Below, piece after piece: positions 32,098-42,613 of a stretch of DNA of 64,000 nucleotides. This DNA comes from an uncultured Candidatus Binatia bacterium (GTDB lineage: Bacteria > Desulfobacterota > Binatia > UBA9968 > CAXXLF01): NCBI GenBank assembly GCA_965218425.1, contig OZ244621.1:1856001-1920000 (forward strand). Direction: 5' to 3'. Both the position numbers and the translations under genes were made by a program. The first letter of the stretch is position 1; each line of letters opens with the position of its first letter. The notes below the pieces were generated by a model. The model did no database searches and was not told the origin of the DNA. It saw nothing but the letters and a program-made list of their open reading frames with translations.

Positions 32098-33389
32098 TTT
32101 TTTGATTCTCCTTTGGCCTGGGGATGTGGTAGGGCGCGGGACGCGATATCTCTGCGGTAATGCGCTCCGTCCCAACCGATCTGGCCGGCGGCACAATAAA
32201 CTTCTTTAACGGCTTCTTCGATACTGTTCCCAAGAGCGGTTACACCCAGTACTCTACCTCCGGAGGTGAACCAGCGGCCATCCCTTCTCGTGGTTCCTGA
32301 ATGGAAGACGAAACCGCGATTCCATTGGTTCAAGTGATCCAAGCCTCGGATCTCTTTTCCTTTCTCATGGGGTCCCGGGTACCCTTGCGAGCATAAGACG
32401 ACGCAGACGGAGGAGGCCTCTTGCCACTGGGCTTCAAGCCCGTTCAATTTTCCTTCGACGGTGGCCTCCAGCAAGGGCACAAGGTCACCTTTCAAACGCA
32501 TCATTAGAGGCTGGCATTCGGGATCGCCAAACCTCGCGTTGAACTCCAATACCTTGGGTCCCTCCTTGGTTATCATCAGCCCCACATAGAGCACCCCCCG
32601 GTATAAGACTCCTCTCTTTTTTAGCCCGGAGAGAAGAGGGTTCAAGATCTTTACCAAAACCTCTTGGTGGACTTTCGAGTCAACCACGGGTGCGGGGGAA
32701 TAGGCTCCCATCCCACCCGTATTGGGTCCTTGATCCCCGTCAAAAACCGGCTTGTGATCTTGTGAAGATGCAAGGGGCAGGAAGTGGTCTCCATCCATCA
32801 GGGCCATGAAGGAGGCCTCTTCCCCCGTGAGAAGCTCCTCAATGATCACTTTGTCTCCCGCGGCGCCAAATACCTTGCGTACCATGATGTCATCAATTGC
32901 CGCCTCTGCCTCCCGTAGGGAGAAGCAAAGGGTCACGCCCTTTCCAGCCGCGAGGCCGTCCGCTTTCACAACGCAAGGCTGGATCTGGCCGGCAAATTGT
33001 TTTGCGTCCTTGGGGTCTGAGAAAGTTGCGAAGGCGGCCGTTGGGATTCCGTTCTCCTTCATGATCTCCTTGGCGAAATCCTTGCTGCCCTCCAATCTCG
33101 CCGCCTCCCGATTGGGGCCAAAGATTTTTAACCCTTTTTTTTCGAAGTGATCACTGATACCGCGGATCAGGGGAATTTCCGGGCCCACTACGGTGAGATC
33201 GATCTTTTCTTGGTTGGCGAAGTCGCCTAATTCTTCGATTTCTTCCGGCCCTAGGGCAACCAGCTCTGCCATCTCACCGATGCCGGGGTTACCGGGCGCG
33301 CAGTAGAGCTTGCTCACCAAAGGACTTTGCCTGAGCTTCCAGACAAGAGCGTGTTCTCGACCTCCGCTGCCGAGCACCAATATTTTCAT
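32094..33389 (-). CDS. purD: Phosphoribosylamine--glycine ligase
   Basis: GSGGREHA, LEGSK, KADGLAAGKGV, QDHK, NTGGMGAY, EFNARFGDPE. Confidence 0.97.
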   Translation of the reverse strand: MKILVLGSGGREHALVWKLRQSPLVSKLYCAPGNPGIGEMAELVALGPEEIEELGDFANQEKIDLTVVGPEIPLIRGISDHFEKKGLKIFGPNREAARLEGSKDFAKEIMKENGIPTAAFATFSDPKDAKQFAGQIQPCVVKADGLAAGKGVTLCFSLREAEAAIDDIMVRKVFGAAGDKVIIEELLTGEEASFMALMDGDHFLPLASSQDHKPVFDGDQGPNTGGMGAYSPAPVVDSKVHQEVLVKILNPLLSGLKKRGVLYRGVLYVGLMITKEGPKVLEFNARFGDPECQPLMMRLKGDLVPLLEATVEGKLNGLEAQWQEASSVCVVLCSQGYPGPHEKGKEIRGLDHLNQWNRGFVFHSGTTRRDGRWFTSGGRVLGVTALGNSIEEAVKEVYCAAGQIGWDGAHYRRDIASRALPHPQAKGESKK

Positions 33390-33544
33390 GATTGCCTTTT
33401 ATAGCTGGAAGTCAGCAGGCTGGGAAGCCAAAAGATCTCCGGCCTCCGGGCCTTACAACCGGATATTAAGATTAGGATATCCGCGTTTGATGGCGATGAT
33501 GGATTGCTAGGCAACTCTATTTCTGCCACCTACCTGGACTGCTT

Positions 33545-35119
33545 TCAATGTCTGAAATGCCTAATGCCGGTGAAAAGCATGGCGATTCCATGCTCATTGG
33601 CGGCTGCGATGACCTCTTGGTCTTTAATGGATCCACCCGGTTGGATAATGGCCTTGGCCCCCGCCTTGGCGGCTTCATCCACCCCATCACGAAAGGGATA
33701 AAAGGCGTCGGAGCCCACCGCCGAACCGGTGAGGTCGAGTCCGTTGGCGTTGGCCCGCATCACCGCCAGCTTGGATGAGTCTACCCGGCTCATTTGTCCT
33801 GCACCCACTCCCAGGAGCTGATCCCGGGAAGTGAAAACAATGGCGTTCGACTTAACGTGACGACAAATCCTCCAGGCAAAATCCAGGGCATCGTATTCCT
33901 CCTCCGTGGGCGTGCGCTCAGTGGCCACCTTACAGGTCCTGACATGGAGAGGAGCCTGGTCCCAGTCTTGTACCAACAGGCCCCCGTGGACCCGTCTGAG
34001 ATCATAGCCACGCTCCTCCTTGGGCGCCATGTCCAATTCCAAGAGCCGAATATTGAGAAGGCGCTTGGCAGAGGAGAGAACCGCCTTTGCCTCTGGAGTG
34101 AACGATGGAGCTATGACGATCTCTAGGAAGATCTCCTTGAGCTCGTTGGCGGTCTCCTCATCCACGCGGCGGTTAAGTGCGATGACGCCACCGAAGATGG
34201 ACACGGGATCGGATGCCCGTGCCCTGCGGAAAGCGTCGGCGAGAGACATCCTTGATACGGCCGCGCCGCACGGGTTGGTGTGCTTGATGGCCACCGCAGC
34301 GGTTTCATTGAACTCGAGGCAACAGCGCAGTGCGGCATCGGCATCCAATATGTTGTTGAAGGAAAGCTCCTTACCCTGGAATTGATGGGCTGCGGCGATG
34401 GATGGACCGTGGTTCTCAGGCGATCTGTAGAAAGCAGCCCGCTGGTGGGGGTTCTCCCCGTAGCGCAAATCTTGGATCTTGGTAACCTGCAGGTTATAGG
34501 TGTCGCTCCAGGAGGTAGGTTCCTTATTGGCGTCCAGGGAGCCCAGGTAGTTAGCGACGGCGTCGTCATAGCGAGCCGTTTGCTGAAAGGCGGTGCGCGC
34601 GAGGCGGAATCGGGTCTCGGCGCAAAGCTCTCCCCCTCGTTCTCTCAGCTCCGCGGCCACGAGGCTGTAATCATCAGGGTCCGCCACGGTGGCTACGTGA
34701 GCGTGGTTTTTCGCCGCGGCTCTCAGCATGGAAGGGCCTCCGATATCTATATTTTCTACCACTTCCTCGAAGGGGGCCTTTCGCGCCACGGTGGCCTCGA
34801 AGGGATAGAGGTTCACCACCACTAGATCGATGGGCACAATGCCGTGCCGCTTCATCTGTTCCTGGTGGTGGGGGTTATCCCGGATCGCCAGGATGCCGCC
34901 GTGGATTTTGGGTTGGAGCGTCTTTACACGCCCGTCCAACATTTCCGGGAACCCAGTAAACTCAGAAACTTCTATCACGGTGATCTTATTTTCCCTAAGC
35001 AGGTTTGCAGTCCCGCCCGTGGAAAGAATTTCAACACCGAGGTCCGATAATTGTTTGGCAAACTCGATGACACCTGTTTTGTCGGACACGCTGATTAGAG
35101 CCCTTTGAATCTTGGCCAC
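33545..35119 (-). CDS. purH: Bifunctional AICAR transformylase/IMP cyclohydrolase
   Basis: [48 protein letters not shown]. Confidence 0.97.
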   Translation of the reverse strand: MAKIQRALISVSDKTGVIEFAKQLSDLGVEILSTGGTANLLRENKITVIEVSEFTGFPEMLDGRVKTLQPKIHGGILAIRDNPHHQEQMKRHGIVPIDLVVVNLYPFEATVARKAPFEEVVENIDIGGPSMLRAAAKNHAHVATVADPDDYSLVAAELRERGGELCAETRFRLARTAFQQTARYDDAVANYLGSLDANKEPTSWSDTYNLQVTKIQDLRYGENPHQRAAFYRSPENHGPSIAAAHQFQGKELSFNNILDADAALRCCLEFNETAAVAIKHTNPCGAAVSRMSLADAFRRARASDPVSIFGGVIALNRRVDEETANELKEIFLEIVIAPSFTPEAKAVLSSAKRLLNIRLLELDMAPKEERGYDLRRVHGGLLVQDWDQAPLHVRTCKVATERTPTEEEYDALDFAWRICRHVKSNAIVFTSRDQLLGVGAGQMSRVDSSKLAVMRANANGLDLTGSAVGSDAFYPFRDGVDEAAKAGAKAIIQPGGSIKDQEVIAAANEHGIAMLFTGIRHFRH

Positions 35120-35139
35120 AGCCGTTCAATCGCCCCCTT

Positions 35140-36270
35140 TTATCTGTTGTGGATGCGAGGCACCCTCGCGCTGATGGATGTCAGAACTTCGTAGGAAATG
35201 GTATTGGACCAGCCTGCCATCTCATCGGCCGAAATAGCAGCCTCGTTTTGCTGACCCAAGAGCACCACTTCATCTCCCTGGCTCACCCCGCGTATATCGG
35301 TAACATCCACCATTGTCAAATCCATACAGATGGTCCCCACAATCGGCGCCCTCTGACCCCGCACCAACACGCATCCGCGGTTCGATAACGACCGCTTGTA
35401 GCCATCGGCGTAACCTAAGGGAAGGGTCGCAATGGTGCTCTCCCTCTGTGTCGTAAAGGTCTGTCCATAACTGATATGGAAGCCTTTTGGAACCTTCTTT
35501 AACTGGTGTATGGATGTTTTCCAGGTCAATGCCGGCTTCAGTGAGGTCTCCTTGACCATCTCCGGTGATGGGTAAACTCCATAGAGCATTAGGCCTGGTC
35601 GTACCATGGTAAAATAAGCCTCTGGAAGTGTGATGATGGCGGCACTGTTCGCCAGGTGAACGAAACTGGGTTGGTGGCCGTTTGCCTGGAGCCGGTGTAG
35701 GACCCGTCTAAAAGACTCGAGTTGTTTTCTTGTGTGTTGATGGGAGACGTTTTCTGCCCGAGAGAAATGGGAAAATACGCCTTGGAGGTGGAGCATCTCC
35801 AATCCACTGAGTTCGGGAAGCCAAGAGTCGGCCTCTTGAGAGAGAAATCCAATCCTGCCCATGCCCGTATCCACCTTCAGGTGAAAGTTGAGCGGGCTCT
35901 TTCGCTTCTTTGTGAGCTGTTTCAGTCTGCCAAGGACTTCCGCCTCGCAGACCACTGGTGTCAAATCGTATCTCTCGACTTCTTCCAACTGGTCGGGGTA
36001 GACACCGGCGAGAACCACCACCGGAGCGTGGATGCCTCGTTGTCTGAGTTCAATGCCTTCTTCCACAGTTGCAGTGCCAAAGGCATCGCCGCCCTCGTCT
36101 TGAAGAACTTCGGCGATTTCGCACGCACCGTGCCCGTATGCATTGGCCTTTACCACGGATAGTATTTTGACTTGTGGTCCCACCTTTATCCGAACTTGGC
36201 GGAAGTTCCAGCGCAAGGCGCCTAGGTCAATGAGACAGACGGTGGGTCGTCCTTTAGGGAAGGGAGTCAT
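35140..36270 (-). CDS. alr: Alanine racemase
   Basis: VVKANAYGHG (PLP Lys), HLKVDTGMGRIG, SYG, GYADG, CMD, TISYE. Confidence 0.96.
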   Translation of the reverse strand: MTPFPKGRPTVCLIDLGALRWNFRQVRIKVGPQVKILSVVKANAYGHGACEIAEVLQDEGGDAFGTATVEEGIELRQRGIHAPVVVLAGVYPDQLEEVERYDLTPVVCEAEVLGRLKQLTKKRKSPLNFHLKVDTGMGRIGFLSQEADSWLPELSGLEMLHLQGVFSHFSRAENVSHQHTRKQLESFRRVLHRLQANGHQPSFVHLANSAAIITLPEAYFTMVRPGLMLYGVYPSPEMVKETSLKPALTWKTSIHQLKKVPKGFHISYGQTFTTQRESTIATLPLGYADGYKRSLSNRGCVLVRGQRAPIVGTICMDLTMVDVTDIRGVSQGDEVVLLGQQNEAAISADEMAGWSNTISYEVLTSISARVPRIHNR

Positions 36271-36813
36271 TAAAAGTCGGGGGGAACCTTAGACGATCAC
36301 TAAGCAACCCGATAACAAATCTACCTAAAGTTGTAAAGCCGAGGTCGGCCCTAAGACCGCTGGGCTTAGAACGGAGCCATGAGGCGTAGCTCGCTTTATT
36401 CATGATACGAGGAAAAACAATGACACAGTGTCGGTCGAGGGAGCGAGCCATGACGGGCGAGGGCACCGAGCGTGAAGATCCGATGATTTCCACGGTGCCT
36501 GAAACAGCGCGGGAACGCTTGACGCGAAGGTCAGAGCATCGGCGCTCTCATGATAAAAGAGTGGCTTCTCCCCCAACCGATCCCTGGCGAGCCAGAGACA
36601 TTGCTACCGGGTATCGTATAACGCGAAGGCCCACTGCCCCACTATCCGTTCCAAGGCTTGTTTGCCCCACCTTTCCCATGCCAGGAGGATAACCTCCGTG
36701 TCCGTACCCGAACGGAGCTTGGATTTTTCCACACTTTTTGCACTCCAGCCCAATTCAAGTTGACATCATAGGTCCAATAAGAGAAAACTTCTATTAGAAG
36801 CAAGGAGATTTTA

Positions 36814-37161
36814 ATGCACAAAACCACTATCGTCTTGGGCACTTGCCATGGCCGGGGTAGTGGTGCTGGCGGCTTGTGGGGAAATGCGAATGTCAAAGAA
36901 CCAACCTACGAAGGCGGTGGCAATTTCAAACTTCAAATCCGTGGCCGGAAATTGGAGCGGTCGGCTCCGAAAGGTAGGTGGGGATTCGCTTGCGCCCGCA
37001 CAATCAGTGTCTTCTCAGGTGGCGGCAATTTAACGACACAAGACGGGAAGCTGGTGGCGGAAGACGCCAACGGGAGGGCTACCTTTACTTTTTACGAGGA
37101 GGGAGGCAAGCGGATGTTGGGTGTTGTTTCAAGGGAAAAGGGTGGGGAGGTGCCGGGGTAG
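36814..37161 (+). pseudogene. Degraded lipoprotein gene
   Basis: AAGGAG RBS plus ATG 36814; lipobox signal (ALAMAGVVVLAAC) is in a different frame from both the start codon and the beta-rich C-terminal half. Confidence 0.5.
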
Positions 37162-37374
37162 AACGCCGACCTCTTCCCTGCCAAGTAGCATAAGGGTTAA
37201 AACCAACGGCCAACACAGGCGGCCCTTGAACCGTTTCCGTACTACCATCAATTCTTTGAACGCGTGCTGACAGCGTAGGACCGCCGATTCCATGACGGTT
37301 CCCATCTTCGGGGTGAGTTAGCTTCGTAATGAGGGGCCGCTAGCCCTTGGAGAGCGCCCACTTCCGGATTCCTG

Positions 37375-38667
37375 GTGACCAAACCTCAAGAGCAGATTCC
37401 TATCACATTGACCGTTGCGATTGCTTTAACCGTTGCAATCGTTTTGGGGCAGGTATTTAGTTATCCCAGCGACATCAAAGACATTGTCACGGGCCAATTT
37501 AACCACGGTATCAGGCTGCACTATCCCTTGCCCTATGTCTTGTTCGCACCATTCTTTCAAATTGCAGATCATTTAACCATCCTCAGTGCTAGACAACACA
37601 TCGCCGTCGGTATTGCCATTAATTTGTTTTGGCTCGGCTGCCGGTTGTTGAAACTATACCGAAACCCATTCACCATTAGCTTATTTCTGATTGAAGTTGG
37701 CAAGGTTGTGTTGCTTAACCTGGGGTTTTTTATTGTATTCCTGATGGCGGTCCTCATTCCTCGTCCCATGGCCAGACTCCAATTGGATGACAAGCGCCTG
37801 TTGGCCTTTAACATCCATTCCCACACCCATGCCTCGCACGATGCGCGAAGATCCTTTTCACCTTTGCGGAACATGCTCTGGCACAAAAGGGGCGGCTTCC
37901 ACGCGAATTTTATTACGGACCATAATGTGATCCACGGATCGATAGAAGGCAGAGACATCTCGCTCGGTCATAAACCGCGTCCCGGCATTATCTCCATGCG
38001 GGGAGAGGAGATCAGTCTGTTCAGGTCCCACTGGATCTTGCTGGGCAATAAGACTCTCCTCAAAAAAGAAGTGTATGACACGGGGTACAGGGGAATAAAA
38101 CCGTTTCTGCAAAAGGTCTCCCAAACATGGGATCAGGTTGTCATTGCAAGCTTGCCTCAGTACTGGCAGGACCACTGGGAGAATCTGGACGATTTTCTGG
38201 CGTGGGGACTTCAAGGATTTGAGATTGTGACGAGCTCTCCACGCGCCCTTGATTTTCCCCCACGTCTTAGGTCTCGAATTGTCAAAGTGAGCGGAGAAAA
38301 CAATCTCCTTATGACCGGCGGATCGGACAGCCATGGTTGGGGTTCCACAGTCTATGTCTGGAACCTGGTTCGTTTCCCTAACTGGCGAGGGATTGCGCCG
38401 GAGCGACTTGAAGGCGAGCTCATTCAGTTGCTGAAGCGGGAACGCTTTAACGCCGTTCAAGTGGTGGTTCGCCATAAGGCCGAGTCCCCCAATGATGCTT
38501 GGATGCTCGCGGTGGATCCGTTGCTACAGATCTGGGAAGGGTCGAGGTCACTTCCTTTTGCGCAAGCTGTAAGTGTTCTAGTGTGGATTTGGCTTCCCTT
38601 GGGGTTATATACAATCATTGGAAGAATGAGAGCGCACGCCCCCCTTGGATCGGCCAATCTCCCCTAA
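37375..38667 (+). CDS. Membrane-anchored PHP-domain phosphoesterase-like protein
   Basis: N-terminal hydrophobic helices, HSHT..SHD, ITDHN, GEE, GGSDSH PHP motifs, C-terminal hydrophobic helix. Confidence 0.75.
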   Translation: MTKPQEQIPITLTVAIALTVAIVLGQVFSYPSDIKDIVTGQFNHGIRLHYPLPYVLFAPFFQIADHLTILSARQHIAVGIAINLFWLGCRLLKLYRNPFTISLFLIEVGKVVLLNLGFFIVFLMAVLIPRPMARLQLDDKRLLAFNIHSHTHASHDARRSFSPLRNMLWHKRGGFHANFITDHNVIHGSIEGRDISLGHKPRPGIISMRGEEISLFRSHWILLGNKTLLKKEVYDTGYRGIKPFLQKVSQTWDQVVIASLPQYWQDHWENLDDFLAWGLQGFEIVTSSPRALDFPPRLRSRIVKVSGENNLLMTGGSDSHGWGSTVYVWNLVRFPNWRGIAPERLEGELIQLLKRERFNAVQVVVRHKAESPNDAWMLAVDPLLQIWEGSRSLPFAQAVSVLVWIWLPLGLYTIIGRMRAHAPLGSANLP

Positions 38668-38758
38668 AATTGTCGCCATCCAGTTTCGCACACCTTATCA
38701 ACCGGCGGGATTCACAACCTAACCCGAAAGACAGGCAAGGGTTCAACAATCAAGCGCT

Positions 38759-39985
38759 TCACGCTTGATGGATGATACCTTTCACTGTGTTATATACGGT
38801 GTCCACATCAATGGTTTTAAGGCACTGATTGTCGTTACAAGCGCTCAGTCTTTGATTGAACGCGGATACGCAGGGGCTGCAGGCGAAATTAGAATACATG
38901 ACGGTACAATTTTCCGTGAGGGGTTTATAGAGTTTCGGGGTCTCGGGTCCAAAAAACACAATGATATGAATCGGGGTCAAGGCCGCGAAATGTGCAGGAC
39001 CGCTGTCGTTGGTGATAAGCACACGGCCCAAGTTGAAGAGGTCCAGCAGGTTGCTCAAACTCGTCTTCCCGGTAAGGTTGAGAACCCTTGGATCTTTTAC
39101 CCTATCGCAGATGTAATCGGCGTCCGGTTTCTCTGAGGCCACTCCCGTAATAGCCACAAACACGTCTTTGTCCTGCAAAAGGTTTTGAACCAGCGCGGCA
39201 TAGTTTTCCAGTGGCCATTTTCTTATGGTGATCAACTTGCTTGCGTTCGGATTGAGAATGATCAGTTTTTTGTTTGGGTCGATGTCCGGGTTTTCGGCCT
39301 TGAGTATGTTCCAAATTCTGCTTTGAGCCGCTTCGTCGGAGACCCTCTTGGGGATCTGGAGCTTTTGGTTGTCCACCGCTACCTTCACCAATGGCACCTG
39401 GTCCACCGGCGCATCGAGTGCATCAAGGAGATTGATGAACGAGTGAGCCGAGTGAATATGAGGATTGTAGCTCACCTTGTGTGTCAAGAGATCACCCGCG
39501 TAAAGGCCCTCCTGGTGGTACCGGTGAAACCCTACTCGTTTTCTGGCCCCGCTCAAATAGCTCAAGATGGTTCCAAACCGCGTGAACATCTCGAGGTTGA
39601 TGGCGGTATCGATTCCTTCCCGCCGGCTCAACCACATCATCTTCGCCGTGTCCCTTGACATGGAAAATAAGGAAGAGTCATCGATGGTAAAGATATTTTC
39701 CTTGGATATGTAGTCGACGATGTCCATGCTTGCCCTGATCTGTTTGAACAATAGAAAATAGATATTGCAGTCGGGGTAGACTCGCCTGATTTGATTCATA
39801 GCGGGATAGGCCAGTACGGTACTTCCCATTTCCGCCAGTTCAATGAAAAGGAAATTTTTTGGTTTCTGGTTGTTCCGTGGGTTCTTCAGTCCCACGAGTC
39901 TTTGTAACTTGTAAAGTATCGTTAGCAGAAGACAGATGGGTCTTCCGATCCAATAGTCGATCTTGCGCATGCTGTTGGGATTCAT
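38759..39985 (-). CDS. Glycosyltransferase family 9 (ADP-heptose:LPS heptosyltransferase-like)
   Basis: MG..VLA.P, RKWP, NLTGKT, TNDSGPAHFA, FGPE, CSPC...C. Confidence 0.9.
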   Translation of the reverse strand: MNPNSMRKIDYWIGRPICLLLTILYKLQRLVGLKNPRNNQKPKNFLFIELAEMGSTVLAYPAMNQIRRVYPDCNIYFLLFKQIRASMDIVDYISKENIFTIDDSSLFSMSRDTAKMMWLSRREGIDTAINLEMFTRFGTILSYLSGARKRVGFHRYHQEGLYAGDLLTHKVSYNPHIHSAHSFINLLDALDAPVDQVPLVKVAVDNQKLQIPKRVSDEAAQSRIWNILKAENPDIDPNKKLIILNPNASKLITIRKWPLENYAALVQNLLQDKDVFVAITGVASEKPDADYICDRVKDPRVLNLTGKTSLSNLLDLFNLGRVLITNDSGPAHFAALTPIHIIVFFGPETPKLYKPLTENCTVMYSNFACSPCVSAFNQRLSACNDNQCLKTIDVDTVYNTVKGIIHQA

Positions 39986-40208
39986 CTACGCGCCCCTATT
40001 TGCGGACCAGATTGAGTTGGAATAGCCAAGTCTGTGACAATTCAGGGATTGATAGTAAGTTTGACTCTGAGATGCCGTCCATTTAAACTTCCCAAAACCC
40101 CATCTGTTTAAGGTCCAGGTTTTAGCTAGATTGTCTCAATGTTTCAATGAGTGAAGATTTCCGCCTCATCGTATTCCTAGAAGCAACGGTTTAACCTATT
40201 TGTAACAA

Positions 40209-41804
40209 GTGATGTCCAAGAGTGAAAGAAACCTCGTTCTGATTCTTCTGGGCGTTTGTCTGACGCTTCTTTTCTTCCGTCTCGGGGCTAGACCCCTATG
40301 GGACAGGGACGAAGGGTTGCATGCCGTCACCTCCAAGGAAATGGTTTTGACCGGCGACTGGATTACAACGACTTTCAACGGTGAAAATTTTTACGACAAG
40401 CCGATTCTCTATAACTGGTTTGCCGCCATTGCTTTCCTCATTTTCGGGTTCACAGAGTTTGCCGCGCGACTTCCTGCGGCGATTTTGGGTTTCGGGTGCG
40501 TGGTGTTGACCTATCTTCTGGGAAAAAGGATGTTCAGTCCCACTACCGGGTTTCTGGGAGGGATGATACTCACGACGAGCGGGTTATTTCTCGCCCTTTC
40601 ACGGTCCGTGGTCCATGACATCTCCCTCGCTTTTTTTGTAACCCTCGCGTTGTATTTCTTTTACTTGGGTTATACCAGCGACGCCCGACGAAAGATTTAT
40701 TTCCTCATTTTTTATGCCTCCATGGGTTTCGCCGTGCTGGCGAAGGGGCCCCTGGGCGTTGTGCTTCCGGGTCTAGTCATCGGTTTGCTTCTCCTGCTGA
40801 AAGGCCGGTTGAGTTTCCTGAAAGAAATGCAAATGGGTTGGGGAATCCTAATAGTTCTGGTAATCGCTGCACCCTGGTATGCGTTGATCAGCTTAAACAA
40901 CAGCGACTACGCAGAATATTTCTTTATTCACAACAACGTCATGCGGTTTCTCTCCCCAAAGGCCCATCACGCCCGCCCCTTTTGGTTCTATTTGCCGGTC
41001 TTGTTGGGCGGTTTTTCCCCCTGGTCCTTCTTGCTCCCTTTGGTGTTCATCAATGCGTTTCGGGGCGGGTGGAGAGCCATCAACGAGGGGACCTTTTTTC
41101 TTATCCTTTGGTTCAGCGCGATCTTCCTATTCTTTTCCGTGGCAAGCTCAAAGGGCAATGCCTATCTGCTGCCCTTGTTCCCCGCTGTTTCTTTGCTGGT
41201 GGGCAATCTTTGGCATCAGTTATTCGAGGCCCCCGCTCCATGGCTGCGCAAGGGATTTATTTACTCCTTTCTCCCCCTGGTTCTGACCTTTGTTGGTGGA
41301 ATGATTTATCCCCTGGTGGACCCCCCCCTGGTGGTTGAGCAGAGGTACGGAGTGGAGCTGGCTAAAACACACCTGATCGGCTTCGTCGCGGTGGGTATCG
41401 TGGTCTTCTCCTTCGTGACTTTGTGGAAAAAATATTATGGCGTCTGTTTTGGAGTCACTTCGGGTTTGATGGTCGTGGGGTTCCTTGTTTTCATCATTCT
41501 GGTTGCCCCGATGATTAATCCCTATCGATCCACCATGAAACTCGCCCAAAGATACGACCAACTGGCGGCCCCAGGAGAAAATATGGTGTTTTTTCGGCGG
41601 ATACGGGACTCCGCCCTGTTCTATTCCGATCGCAAAGCAGTGCGTATCTCAAGCGATCAGAAACTCATTGAATTCCTGCGTCTTAACCCCAGCGCTCTCG
41701 TCATCATGCACAAAAGGCATATCGAGCGGGTTCCATTACTGAAACACATCAGCTACGTGGTAGACTCGGCAGGAAACGACCTGCTCGTCGCGCCAAAGCA
41801 ATAA
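40209..41804 (+). CDS. ArnT/GT39-like GT-C membrane glycosyltransferase
   Basis: LWDRDEG, KEM...GDW, DKP.L..W, EFAARLP, LAKGP, APWY, YLLP. Confidence 0.88.
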   Translation: MMSKSERNLVLILLGVCLTLLFFRLGARPLWDRDEGLHAVTSKEMVLTGDWITTTFNGENFYDKPILYNWFAAIAFLIFGFTEFAARLPAAILGFGCVVLTYLLGKRMFSPTTGFLGGMILTTSGLFLALSRSVVHDISLAFFVTLALYFFYLGYTSDARRKIYFLIFYASMGFAVLAKGPLGVVLPGLVIGLLLLLKGRLSFLKEMQMGWGILIVLVIAAPWYALISLNNSDYAEYFFIHNNVMRFLSPKAHHARPFWFYLPVLLGGFSPWSFLLPLVFINAFRGGWRAINEGTFFLILWFSAIFLFFSVASSKGNAYLLPLFPAVSLLVGNLWHQLFEAPAPWLRKGFIYSFLPLVLTFVGGMIYPLVDPPLVVEQRYGVELAKTHLIGFVAVGIVVFSFVTLWKKYYGVCFGVTSGLMVVGFLVFIILVAPMINPYRSTMKLAQRYDQLAAPGENMVFFRRIRDSALFYSDRKAVRISSDQKLIEFLRLNPSALVIMHKRHIERVPLLKHISYVVDSAGNDLLVAPKQ

Positions 41805-42025
41805 CTGCCGCAACCATCACCCCCCAGATCAGCCTTCGTTGGCGAAAATACATAGAGGAAACGGCAAAGCGCTAAGCGCAGGACGGCTACGGACTAATGA
41901 CCACAGGACTATTGTTCCTCGGTCTTCAATACTCAAACTTCGATCTCGGCTCCTCAGCGCTCAGTGCTTTCTACTGGTTTGCCGCCCGCTGCCAACTGCT
42001 CACCGCGGTCTCTCTTGACGGTGAG

Positions 42026-42346
42026 TCAAGACACCCTTGCCCCCGGGCTAACAGGCTTGTCCGGATTCAAGATCGCAAGCTTATCGTCATCTGTGGCGGC
42101 AAGCAGCATTCCTTGGCTTTCTATGCCTCGGAGCTTGGCCGGCTCGAGGTTTGCGATCACCACGATCTGTTTACCAATCAAGTCCTCTGCTGGATAGTGT
42201 CCTTTGATTCCAGCCACCAGCTGACGTTCCTCCGAGCCCAAGTCGATTTTCAAAACCATGAGCCTGTCGGCGTCGGGGTGGGGCTCCGCCTGCTTAATCG
42301 TGGCGACTTTGATTTCTATTTTTCTAAACTCATCAATGGAGATCAT
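42026..42346 (-). CDS. Stand-alone tRNA-binding domain protein (MetRS C-terminal/Trbp111/CsaA-like)
   Basis: ISIDEF.K, HPDADRL, RQLVAGI, NLEPAKLRGIESQGMLLAA. Confidence 0.9.
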   Translation of the reverse strand: MISIDEFRKIEIKVATIKQAEPHPDADRLMVLKIDLGSEERQLVAGIKGHYPAEDLIGKQIVVIANLEPAKLRGIESQGMLLAATDDDKLAILNPDKPVSPGARVS

Positions 42347-42613
42347 TTCAACCTCGGATCGCGTTTTCCTGCCACATAGCAAAATGTCGCTAAATGCTCA
42401 AGGGGGCGAATGGTCTGGGCGCGTTTACCCATCATCCGCTTGAAAGGTCATGAAATGGCGATACAATAGCCGGCGCCCATGAACGGAACACAGATATTGC
42501 GTTTAGGTGTGTTGCGTGGCCGCCATTCTGGGAGCGTTAGCGATATAGGTGGAGGACATAGTTAAGACCTATGCCTCCAGCCTTAAGGGCGGAACCTAGG
42601 GAAGAATCTTGTC

